A DNA stretch of 56,003 nucleotides from Candidatus Nanoanaerosalina halalkaliphila (GTDB lineage: Archaea > Nanohalarchaeota > Nanosalinia > Nanosalinales > Nanoanaerosalinaceae), in assembly GCA_022729335.1 (NCBI GenBank), contig JALDAE010000001.1, positions 1-56,003 of the forward strand. The letters run 5' to 3'. Made by a program: the position numbers and the translations under genes. The notes beneath the pieces were generated by a model. It made no database searches. It had not been told where the DNA came from and saw only the letters and a list, made by a program, of their open reading frames with translations. This document shows, in pieces, positions 7,603 through 16,284 of the stretch (its first letter is position 1; the number at the start of each line of letters is the position of its first letter).

Positions 7603-9238
7603 AGTAATAAACAATCTAACTCTGATATTTATCGTAGCATCTATCACTCTAATGCTTTTTGACCGGATAAATCATCCAAGCATACCTGCATACATATTTT
7701 CAGGTATTCTAATAGGACCTATAGCAGAGTACTTTTTTGGACCTCTTGTTTCACAGGACAACATACTTGTACTTGCACAGATAGGGATAGCTTTCCTTGT
7801 ATTTATCCTGGGAACCAGCCTTGAAACAGGTAAAATACATAACCTCATAAAGGGAAACATATCACTCACAGTAATAAAAACTGCTCTCCTTGGATTACCT
7901 GTTTTCTTAATAGCTTATATCTACGGATTCGATGTTTTTAACTCCATATATCTTGCTCTGGCAGCGTCTCTGAGTTCCTCCCTTATCAGCATAGAGATAC
8001 TGGATACTAAGGTCAAAAACATTATATACCACAGGCTGACCAACTCGATAAACCTGATTCAAGACATCATTGCAATATTCATATTTATCATAGTTGCGTC
8101 AGAACCGCTATCGGCCCCAGTAATAGGTATGAATGTTGTGATAGGTATGACCATACTGGCTCTGGGATTCCTAGGTAAAACCTTCATCCCTTTGCTTATC
8201 GAATACCTCGGCAAATCAAGAGAGATGTATATATTGATAAGTGCATCCACTCTTTTGATATTCGGCGCATTATCTGAATTAACCGGCTTAACCATAGTTG
8301 TAGGGGCTTTTGCAGGCGGTATAGCTCTGTCGAAGAAACCCTATAATCAAGAAGTGGTGCATACCATAGGTTCCATGAAAGACTTTTTCACAGCAATATT
8401 TTTCGTGTCGCTAGGAGCACTTCTAGTACTGCCTTCAATTGAAGTAATCGTATTATCATCTGTGTTGATGCTCGTAATAATATTTATAAAACCTCTATCA
8501 GGCATATACACGCTACAGACAAACGGTTACGACAAGAGAACCTCGTACATGACCGCGTTAAACCTTGACCAGGTAAGCGAATACGTTCTTGTTATAGCGA
8601 TCCAGGCCTTTATAGCAAACAAGATAGCTCCAGAAGTATTCCAGGCAATTATACTAGCTGCCACGGTAACAATGATAACTTCTTCATACACAAGTAGACA
8701 CTCCGAAAAGATCTACAAATTTATAGAGAACCACAAGTGGCTTGACATAATACAGAAAGAGTTCGTGGACAAAAACTTTTCGGAAAAATCTGAAGACCAT
8801 TTCATAGTTGGAGGATACGATATACAGGGCAAGGAGATTACAGAAACACTTGAAAAAGAAGGTGAAGATGTCATTGTCATTGAAAACAATCCTCAAAAGG
8901 TAATGGAGGCCAGGACAGACGGGGTGAAGTACATCTACGGGGATATGATGGTTGATGATGTATGGGAAAAATCGTTTTTCAGGGATGCCAAGATGATTAT
9001 CTCCACAGTTCCTCTAGAAAAAATATCCGATAAAGTAATAGATCTAGAGACGGAAGCCGATAAGATTATCAGAGCAAAAACAATGGACCAGGTGAAAAAA
9101 TACATAGATCAATGCCTATATGTGATATATCCGCACTTTTTATCTACTAAGAAATTGATTGAACATTTAAAGGGTTCCCTTGAAAGCGAAGAGTATAGAA
9201 AAAGATTGAAGAAGATAACAAGGGAAGAAATTGATTGA
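7586..9238 (+). CDS. Second CPA2/Kef-like cation:proton antiporter with an RCK-like tail (tandem paralogue)
   Basis: Same architecture as the upstream gene (IPAYIFSGILIGP, QIGIAFLVFILGTSLE; tail FIVGGYDIQGKE...VIVIENN). It overlaps the upstream gene by 17 nt. Confidence 0.78.
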   Translation: MVKLIEVINNLTLIFIVASITLMLFDRINHPSIPAYIFSGILIGPIAEYFFGPLVSQDNILVLAQIGIAFLVFILGTSLETGKIHNLIKGNISLTVIKTALLGLPVFLIAYIYGFDVFNSIYLALAASLSSSLISIEILDTKVKNIIYHRLTNSINLIQDIIAIFIFIIVASEPLSAPVIGMNVVIGMTILALGFLGKTFIPLLIEYLGKSREMYILISASTLLIFGALSELTGLTIVVGAFAGGIALSKKPYNQEVVHTIGSMKDFFTAIFFVSLGALLVLPSIEVIVLSSVLMLVIIFIKPLSGIYTLQTNGYDKRTSYMTALNLDQVSEYVLVIAIQAFIANKIAPEVFQAIILAATVTMITSSYTSRHSEKIYKFIENHKWLDIIQKEFVDKNFSEKSEDHFIVGGYDIQGKEITETLEKEGEDVIVIENNPQKVMEARTDGVKYIYGDMMVDDVWEKSFFRDAKMIISTVPLEKISDKVIDLETEADKIIRAKTMDQVKKYIDQCLYVIYPHFLSTKKLIEHLKGSLESEEYRKRLKKITREEID

Positions 9239-9300
9239 ACTTACGAGAAAACGAAATTAAAACTCCTAACCGGGTAAATCTGCCAAAAGTTTAAATTGAG

Positions 9301-10329
9301 ATGAACCAAACTTTAAACATGAGGAAAATTCTGGTGTTGTTTTTATTTTTCGCAGTTTTTTGGAGCTCGGTCACAGCTCTTGACTTTGATATAAGAGACG
9401 AATGCTCGGGAGAATATCCAGAGGAAATGTTTTCAATCTCGAACAGGACCAATGCTCATGCTGCTGAACCTTATCATTACGATGGTTTCGTGGACGAGAC
9501 TAATAACAGAGAAGGTAAAGAGGTCTGTGCCACCGACGAATTAAGTACCCGAATAGATACCGAATGTGACTACATGAGAAACCCTATATTTTCATTCTAC
9601 GATGCAGGAAGTAGCAGCGCTCATCTTTCAGCTGAAGGGGATAGAAATGATTATGTTTTATGCGCCCAGAAACTTTCAACAAGCGTTAGGCAGGAATGTC
9701 CAGGTGGATCAGTACCTATTGTCTCGATCTATGATTCTGTTGAGAACCATGTGGCGGAACCCGGTTACTACGACTGGCAGATCTGTGGACAGTTATTCGA
9801 GAACGCTACTCTTGCATACAACTTTACTATGGAGGGTAACACGGATTTTGTTCAAGACGGTGAGATTATAGGTGATGAAGAAACAGAACAAACATCTTCA
9901 ACAGATGATGAATCTTACTACCCTCTATATTCAACAGTTCAGAATGATACGTTAATCTCGGGGATAGTTGGTACAGATACACATCCTCAGGAGACAACTA
10001 TTCAGTTGCAGGATGATACAGCCGCTATAGAGCATTTTTATGGAGGGTCAGGTAGTGCCAGATGGTTCCTTCCTTTAACAACAGGAAGCTATTTCGATAT
10101 AGAGGACAGATTATCCCTTATAGCAGAAAACAACTTCCTAACACAGTTCAACCCTAACTTTGCTTTTGTCCTGGCCGAGGAGATAATGGTTAGGATAACA
10201 CTGGAAGTTATGGACACCGATATAGTAAATGATCTTAGACTGGGATCAGGAAACCATAATCTTGTTATTGAAAACGTTGGAGAAGAAGACAGAGTACCAC
10301 AGGTGAGAATAAATGAAACAACGGAGTAA
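9301..10329 (+). CDS. Secreted hypothetical protein with three Cys-bracketed repeats
   Basis: Signal peptide MRKILVLFLFFAVFWSSVTA (the start may be the ATG at 9319). Three repeats fit EC-x-[FI]S[IF]-x-[AN]H-x-[AS]E-x-Y-x-C, containing six Cys in total. I recognise no family. Confidence 0.55.
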   Translation: MNQTLNMRKILVLFLFFAVFWSSVTALDFDIRDECSGEYPEEMFSISNRTNAHAAEPYHYDGFVDETNNREGKEVCATDELSTRIDTECDYMRNPIFSFYDAGSSSAHLSAEGDRNDYVLCAQKLSTSVRQECPGGSVPIVSIYDSVENHVAEPGYYDWQICGQLFENATLAYNFTMEGNTDFVQDGEIIGDEETEQTSSTDDESYYPLYSTVQNDTLISGIVGTDTHPQETTIQLQDDTAAIEHFYGGSGSARWFLPLTTGSYFDIEDRLSLIAENNFLTQFNPNFAFVLAEEIMVRITLEVMDTDIVNDLRLGSGNHNLVIENVGEEDRVPQVRINETTE

Positions 10330-11617
10330 AGGAGTTTCATCGCTGATATCATCAGCTCTTTTGATAGCCATAGCTGCAGGTGCAGCAACAACTCTTGTTA
10401 TGACAGGTTCACCTCTTGCTGAATCCCTTAGAGAAACAAGAACACTTCAAACTATGCTTGAAAGGATGCCTGAACTTGGAGAACAGGTTGAAACCGTCGG
10501 AGATTTTGAGGAGATCAGTCAAAAAGAGGTGACCGTCAGCTACAACCTGGGCAATCTAAGAGTCATAAGTGCAAGAGATGAAATAGTTTTTAGTCTGGAA
10601 ACCGATTCAAACATAGTTACTCCCAGAACCTCTAGAAAATACGGGAACGTGAGAATTTCGGCTGGAGCAGACGTGAACGTTGAAGAAACAGAAAAAGATG
10701 GTGAAGATGTTTTTGTTGTGGAGAACGAGCACGTTGAGTTTACAGTTCTTGACGTGCCAAGAACATCGGAGAAAGTAACCGGTCACTGGCCTCTGGAAGA
10801 CGGACAAGGACAGAGTTTCGAGGAAGAAACAGGAAGGATGAGCGAAGGAACTATATATGGGGCCGAATGGCCTTACGAGGATGAATGCGTTGGAAGCGAA
10901 TGCCTCAGATTTAATGAAGGCGACTCCGCAGAACTGACCGGAGGTGAATATACCGAAAACTTCTCAATGATATTCTGGATAAATCCGGATACAGGCGGAG
11001 AAAGAGATCTTATCAGCGTGGATGACACAGAGTTAACATTATCAAATGATGGATATCTTGAAGGAGAAATAGCTGGAGAATCTATTAGTAGTGTGGAGCT
11101 GAATGAAGAAGAATGGCAGTCCGCTGCTTTTCAAGCTGATCAAGAAGAGATCTCTGTTTTTGTGAATGAGGAAGAAGAAACATCCGTAGTTTCAACAGGT
11201 ACGCCAACAATATTTGAAAACGATGAAGAGATAACAATAGGTGGTTCTGGCTCGAAAACGTTTGAGATGGATTACATCTCTCTTTACAATGATACCATGT
11301 CCGAAAAAGAGCTGGCCTCAAGGATTGAATCAAAGAGTTACTACGACAGCTTTCTGGTTATTGAAGATTTAGTGATGAGTTACAGGAACAGGGATACCGG
11401 AAAATCTCTTGATAACTTGAACCTGAAAACTTACATAAACAATGAAGAGGAATCAAGTTATGGGTTCGGCCATACAAGTGCCGAGGAAATAGGTACTCAT
11501 CTGCCATCGGGCAAAATAGAGACCAGTATGAACGCCATGTCCGGGGTTGGTTACCGTTATGACCTGGAACTTTTGAGCGGTTCGGACTTTTTCACGGTGG
11601 ATCTGGAACCAAGGTGA
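10313..11617 (+). CDS. Pilin-like protein (class III signal peptide) with a LamG/concanavalin-like domain
   Basis: The N-terminus MKQRSKG|VSSLISSALLIAIAAGAATTLV fits the archaeal prepilin pattern [KR]G followed by a hydrophobic helix. The central region GHWPLEDGQG...ECLRFNEGDSAEL...FSMIFWINPD...ISLYNDTMSEKEL looks like Laminin_G_3. It overlaps the upstream gene by 17 nt. Confidence 0.55.
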   Translation: MKQRSKGVSSLISSALLIAIAAGAATTLVMTGSPLAESLRETRTLQTMLERMPELGEQVETVGDFEEISQKEVTVSYNLGNLRVISARDEIVFSLETDSNIVTPRTSRKYGNVRISAGADVNVEETEKDGEDVFVVENEHVEFTVLDVPRTSEKVTGHWPLEDGQGQSFEEETGRMSEGTIYGAEWPYEDECVGSECLRFNEGDSAELTGGEYTENFSMIFWINPDTGGERDLISVDDTELTLSNDGYLEGEIAGESISSVELNEEEWQSAAFQADQEEISVFVNEEEETSVVSTGTPTIFENDEEITIGGSGSKTFEMDYISLYNDTMSEKELASRIESKSYYDSFLVIEDLVMSYRNRDTGKSLDNLNLKTYINNEEESSYGFGHTSAEEIGTHLPSGKIETSMNAMSGVGYRYDLELLSGSDFFTVDLEPR

Positions 11618-11623
11618 TAAGAA

Positions 11624-12904
11624 ATGCCAAAAATAACAATAGGAAGAAGCGAAGGAGACAAGGAGAAGTTCGGTTTAAGGAAAGGTACAGGATTTATAGG
11701 GAAGCATCTGGTAGGTGAGAAAAATGAAGCTCACGTAGCAAACTCTATCTACATGGATATCGCAAGACCGCATGTTATAGGCGTATTTGGAAAACGAGGT
11801 ACAGGTAAAAGCTATACTATGGGTACTATGGCCGAAGAAATAATAACAGCTCCAGAAGAAGTATCTGATAATCTATCTGCGATCATAATAGATCCTATGG
11901 GTATCTACTGGTCGATGAAGTTCCCTAACGAGAACGACGCAATACTACTGGACGAATGGGATTTAAAGCCCGAGGCAATGGACATAAAACTTTACATACC
12001 CGAGGGACAGGCCAAAAAATTCAGGGAAGAAGACATTCCTTACGATGAAACATTTACATTGAAGCCAGGGGAGCTCTCTACCTCTGACTGGGCCATGGCA
12101 TTTGACATAAAACTTAACGAACCCAGAGGAATACTTCTTGAGAAAGTGCTCAGAGATCTAAAAGAAGACCGGGGAGAGGATTTCGGACTAAAAGAAATGA
12201 TAGACTACGCCCAGACACATGGAGACTTCAAAGATGAGACAAGAAAGGCTCTGATAAATCGTTTCAAGGCAGCTGACGACTGGGGTATATTTGATAAAGA
12301 CGGAAGCGATCTTGACGAGTTCACAAGAAGAGGAGAATTAACTATTCTCGATCTTTCTCAGTTCGGCGCTATCAGGGGAAGCTGGTCCGTCAGATCTCTA
12401 GTCGTTGGATTACTTGCAAACAAGATTTTGAGGGAAAGGATGTCCTCGAAGAGGCTGGAGGAAATGCAGGAGATGGAAGGTATGCAGACCTCGGAGTCTC
12501 CTATTGTTTGGATGTTTATAGACGAGGCCCATCAGTTCATACCGAACGATCACGAGACACCGGCATCAGATCCTCTGCTTTCCTGGGTAAAGATTGGCAG
12601 GGAGCCAGGTGTGTCACTGGTTCTGTGCACACAGCAGCCATACAAACTAAATCCCGATGCTTTGAGCCAGTGCGATGTCGTTTTATCACACAAGCTAACT
12701 GCAAAAAGCGACATAGATGCTCTTAAAAATATAATGCAGAACTACATGCGATACGATCTCTCCACATACATCGACAACCTTCCTGACGCCAAAGGAGCTG
12801 CCATATGTCTGGACGACAACTCGGAAAGGGTTTATTCCCTGAGGATGAGGCCGAGGATGAGCTGGCACGCAGGAGGAACTCCGACTGCCCTCAAGGAAGA
12901 CTGA
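11624..12904 (+). CDS. HerA/FtsK-superfamily ATPase (DUF87-type)
   Basis: Walker A GVFGKRGTGKSYTMG; Walker B VWMFIDEAHQFIP; 426 aa. It starts 7 nt after the upstream stop. Confidence 0.72.
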   Translation: MPKITIGRSEGDKEKFGLRKGTGFIGKHLVGEKNEAHVANSIYMDIARPHVIGVFGKRGTGKSYTMGTMAEEIITAPEEVSDNLSAIIIDPMGIYWSMKFPNENDAILLDEWDLKPEAMDIKLYIPEGQAKKFREEDIPYDETFTLKPGELSTSDWAMAFDIKLNEPRGILLEKVLRDLKEDRGEDFGLKEMIDYAQTHGDFKDETRKALINRFKAADDWGIFDKDGSDLDEFTRRGELTILDLSQFGAIRGSWSVRSLVVGLLANKILRERMSSKRLEEMQEMEGMQTSESPIVWMFIDEAHQFIPNDHETPASDPLLSWVKIGREPGVSLVLCTQQPYKLNPDALSQCDVVLSHKLTAKSDIDALKNIMQNYMRYDLSTYIDNLPDAKGAAICLDDNSERVYSLRMRPRMSWHAGGTPTALKED

Positions 12905-12974
12905 ACTTTTTCCAGAATCAATTCTTTTTATCAACTGTTTCAATTTTTATCAATATAAACAACAATTGAGAGGT

Positions 12975-14855
12975 ATGGCCGACTTCATTCAGCATCCAAA
13001 GATAAAAGAAAAAACTCTCCACTCCAGGGCTTACCAGGAAGTAATAGCTGCGAGGGCGAAGGAGGAAAATACTCTTTGTGTTCTTCCAACAGGACTCGGA
13101 AAAACTGCTGTGGCCATATTACTGTCCGCACATATACTACAGGAAGATCCAGGTTCGAAGATACTTGTTCTTGCACCCACAAGACCTCTTGTGGAACAGC
13201 ACAAAAAAAGTTTTGAGGAAAAACTCGAAACCGAAACCGGTATTTTCCAGGTGATGACCGGGAAGACCAGACCCAAAAAAAGAGCTGAAGCCTGGAAAGA
13301 AGTAGGTGCATTTTTTGCTACTCCACAGGTGGTTGAAAACGACATAATATCCGGAAATATACCGTTAGAAGATTTTTCTCTTGTAGTTTTTGACGAATGC
13401 CACAAGGCTTCGGGAGATTACCCCTACAAGTTTATAGCAGATAGCTATGTTGATTCAAGAAGCGAAGGTCATGTGCTGGGATTAACAGCCTCGCCCGGCA
13501 GTACAGTCGAGGACATAGACAGGATTATAGAAAACCTCCATATCTCGAACGTGGAAGTAAGGACGGAGGAAGATCCTGATGTCAAGCCGTACATAAAGGA
13601 AAAAAACGTGGAATGGAAGAAAGTTCCTCTAAACAGGCATTTCAAGAGAGCCAAAAAACATTTTGAGAAAACAAAGAAAAAGAGGACAAAGAAACTGAAG
13701 CAGAAAGGGTTTCTGAGCGGAAAAGGTAACAAGGGAGAGCTGCTGGATACAAGGAAAAAGATACAGAAGAAGCTTTCAAAGGAAAAAGATCCCGAGCTTT
13801 TCCAGGCTATATCCGATACAGCTGCAGCCATAAAAGTAGATCACATCATAGAGCAGCTTGAGAGCCAGGGAGTCGATACCGCGTATCGTTATCTCCAGAA
13901 GATGAAAAAAGATCCTGGTTCCAAGGCTGCGAAAAGGCTTCTCAACGACAAGGACTTCCAGAACGGAATGTCGGTAGTTGAATGGATGAAAAAGAACGAA
14001 AAGAAACATCCAAAGCTAAAAAAGCTTAGGAGTTTCCTTGAAGAAAAGATGAGCAAAGGTAAAACCGCTATCGTGTTTACGCAGTACCGTGATACCGTTG
14101 ACATTATACATGATGAGCTTGATGAAGTTGAATTCCTCAGACCTGTCAAGTTCAAGGGACAGAAAGAAGGTTTCACCCAGAAAAAACAGGTCGAGATCCT
14201 GGACAGGTTCAGAGATAAAGAGTACAATGTCCTTGTATCCACTTCAGTTGGAGAGGAGGGCCTAGATATACCTTCTGTTGATTATGTAGTTTTCTACGAA
14301 CCCATACCTTCCGAGATAAGAACGATCCAGAGAAGAGGAAGAACAGGTAGACAGGAAGAGGGATACATCTATGTCCTTATGGCCGAGGATACACGTGACG
14401 AGGCCTACTACTGGAGCTCCCATCACAAGGAGAAAAGGATGAAATCAGCGCTTGAAAAACTCAGGAACGGAGATGTGGACAGCGGTGGAAACGATATTTT
14501 GGATGACAACCAGGAAAAGGTCTCAAGCTTCACAGGAGACAAAGAAGAAGATAAAAGCGAACCCGAGGTATCAGTGTATGCTGACGACCGTGAAAACAAG
14601 GTCTTGAAAAAGCTTTCAAGAAAAGAAGTTGATTTAAAAACCAAGAGACTTGAACTGGCAGACTTTCTTGTTTCTGAGAGAACAGCTGTGGAGAGGAAAA
14701 AAGCCGAGGATTTCGTTAATTCATTGATAGATAAGAGGCTTTTCGAACAGATAAAAGAGCTGAGAAACCAGTTCGAAAACCCTGTTCTGCTTGTTGAAGG
14801 CCGAGATCTCTACAGTCACAGAAACGTCCGTAATCTGGACAAAAGATATGGATGA
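12975..14855 (+). CDS. hef: Hef/FANCM-type helicase with the N-terminal part of an ERCC4 nuclease domain (reading frame breaks inside the nuclease domain)
   Basis: SF2 motifs LPTGLGKT, FDECHKA, LTASPG, QRRGRTGR. These are followed by ERCC4 motifs VYADDRE, LADFLVS, VERKKAEDF, LLVEG. ATG at 12975 (MADFIQHP) is preceded by GAGAGGT. Confidence 0.85.
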   Translation: MADFIQHPKIKEKTLHSRAYQEVIAARAKEENTLCVLPTGLGKTAVAILLSAHILQEDPGSKILVLAPTRPLVEQHKKSFEEKLETETGIFQVMTGKTRPKKRAEAWKEVGAFFATPQVVENDIISGNIPLEDFSLVVFDECHKASGDYPYKFIADSYVDSRSEGHVLGLTASPGSTVEDIDRIIENLHISNVEVRTEEDPDVKPYIKEKNVEWKKVPLNRHFKRAKKHFEKTKKKRTKKLKQKGFLSGKGNKGELLDTRKKIQKKLSKEKDPELFQAISDTAAAIKVDHIIEQLESQGVDTAYRYLQKMKKDPGSKAAKRLLNDKDFQNGMSVVEWMKKNEKKHPKLKKLRSFLEEKMSKGKTAIVFTQYRDTVDIIHDELDEVEFLRPVKFKGQKEGFTQKKQVEILDRFRDKEYNVLVSTSVGEEGLDIPSVDYVVFYEPIPSEIRTIQRRGRTGRQEEGYIYVLMAEDTRDEAYYWSSHHKEKRMKSALEKLRNGDVDSGGNDILDDNQEKVSSFTGDKEEDKSEPEVSVYADDRENKVLKKLSRKEVDLKTKRLELADFLVSERTAVERKKAEDFVNSLIDKRLFEQIKELRNQFENPVLLVEGRDLYSHRNVRNLDKRYG

Positions 14856-15138
14856 AACAGTTGAGTACTTGCTTTCCATGGCGAAGAGAGAACAGAAGGA
14901 GAACGAGAGAGACCTGTCTATGAGAGGTGAAAAAACCCCGAAAACGGAGAGAGAGCTCCAGGAATATATTGTCTCCGGCCTACCAAACATCTCGAGCAAA
15001 CTTGCTGAAAGACTTCTGGAAAGTTTTGAAACCCTCAGGAAAGTTTTTGATGCAGATAAAGAAGAACTGAAGGAGGTTGAAGGTATTGGAGATAAGAAGG
15101 CGGACAGGATAGTTGAGATACTTGATAAAAAATACTGA
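14791..15138 (+). CDS. Hef C-terminal fragment (end of ERCC4 domain plus HhH2), in the +1 frame relative to the helicase ORF
   Basis: VIWTKDMDETVEYLLSMAKREQKE aligns with the ERCC4 tail. GLPNISSKLAERLLESFETLRKVFDADKEELKEVEGIGDKKADRI is a double helix-hairpin-helix. The first ATG is at 14848 and overlaps the upstream TGA (ATGGATGA). Confidence 0.6.
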   Translation: MLKAEISTVTETSVIWTKDMDETVEYLLSMAKREQKENERDLSMRGEKTPKTERELQEYIVSGLPNISSKLAERLLESFETLRKVFDADKEELKEVEGIGDKKADRIVEILDKKY

Positions 15139-15141
15139 GAG

Positions 15142-16284
15142 GTGTTAAAAATACTTACTATAGTAGGAATCGATCCTGGTACTACTACAGGGATAGCCGT
15201 GATTGACCTAAAAGGAGAAGTTGTTTCTGTGAAAAGCAAAAAAGAGATGGGACTGGGAGACATAACAGAGTTCATATTGGAGAACGGTACCCCTGTTATT
15301 GTAGCAACTGATGTGCATCCTGCTCCCTCGCTTGTTAAAAAAGTATCATCTGCTTTCAACGCAAAGCTGTACGTTCCAGAAAAAGACCTCCCGGTGAAGA
15401 AAAAGAACCGGATGACGAAAAAATATGCCGACATGGACATCTCCGACCATTCAAAGGATGCTCTCGCGGCAGCTTTACAGGCCATGAAATCAGAAAAAGA
15501 CCTGATAAAGAAATTAGAAAAGAAAACCGTGGATCTGAATGAAGAAAAAAGAGAGCTAGTTAAGGAAAAAGCTATAAAGAAGGAAAAATCGATATCAAAA
15601 GTGATCGAACAGGTTCAAACTGAAGACAAGGATCTAGAAGACGAGAAAAATAATGAGACAGAACCCGAACCAGTTGTTAACTGGGAGGAAAAAGCGAAAA
15701 AACTAGATGAGAAACTTGAAAGGAAAGAAAAAGAGATCAAAAGGCTCAAAGATTACATAGACGATCTGAAGGACGAGATCGATTCGAAGAAAGACGAAAT
15801 AAGAAGACTCAAATCCGATAGGCAGAAGAGTATAGACCGCTCTGAGGAAGTCAAAAAATGGAAGAAAAGGTATGAAAACGTTCTTAAGACCAGTAGAAAA
15901 AGAAAGAATAACATAGAAACACTTGAAGAAGAACTAAATAATTTTAAAAAAGCTCTAAAGGAGTTAAATGAGGGTAAAAACCTTTATACTATCTGTAAAA
16001 ACAGGGAAGAGCTTTCGAATGTAAGAGGATCAGTGGCTTTTGTTGAGAAGAACCTTGAAACAAAACCTCCTTCAAACGTAACCGTAGTTGTAGTTCCAAG
16101 GGAGAATGAGAAAGATTTCTACAAGAATAAAGGATTGGATACGGTTTTAAAAAACGAAATAAGTGGTACAGAGGTAAATGGATTCTTTATCTGTGACGAA
16201 GAAGATGTTTTATCCCAGGTAGATTCCAAGGAAGAAACCTTTATAGAATGGCTGGAGGATTACAGGGATAGAAAAGATGTTTGA
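15142..16284 (+). CDS. DUF460 (COG2433) protein: RNase-H-fold (RuvC/YqgF-like) nuclease domain, coiled coil and C-terminal domain
   Basis: IVGIDPGTTTGIAVIDLKGE...VIVATDV...SDHSKDALAAALQA is followed by about 150 aa of K/E-rich heptads. GTG start at 15142. Confidence 0.7.
   Translation: MLKILTIVGIDPGTTTGIAVIDLKGEVVSVKSKKEMGLGDITEFILENGTPVIVATDVHPAPSLVKKVSSAFNAKLYVPEKDLPVKKKNRMTKKYADMDISDHSKDALAAALQAMKSEKDLIKKLEKKTVDLNEEKRELVKEKAIKKEKSISKVIEQVQTEDKDLEDEKNNETEPEPVVNWEEKAKKLDEKLERKEKEIKRLKDYIDDLKDEIDSKKDEIRRLKSDRQKSIDRSEEVKKWKKRYENVLKTSRKRKNNIETLEEELNNFKKALKELNEGKNLYTICKNREELSNVRGSVAFVEKNLETKPPSNVTVVVVPRENEKDFYKNKGLDTVLKNEISGTEVNGFFICDEEDVLSQVDSKEETFIEWLEDYRDRKDV

Noticed and set aside
12508-12726. 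A 72-aa alternative-frame ORF lies inside the HerA-like ATPase gene. Similar nested ORFs occur in valS (42215-43234, 43510-44123), metG (46209-47785), lhr (31877-33870) and thrS.
   Set aside because: All are nested within long ORFs that have strong family motifs. None has an independent signal.
14721-15485. A 254-aa minus-strand ORF spans the Hef/HhH/DUF460 junction.
   Set aside because: It is low-complexity (S/F/T-rich) and antisense to three genes with clear homology. I recognise no motifs in it.
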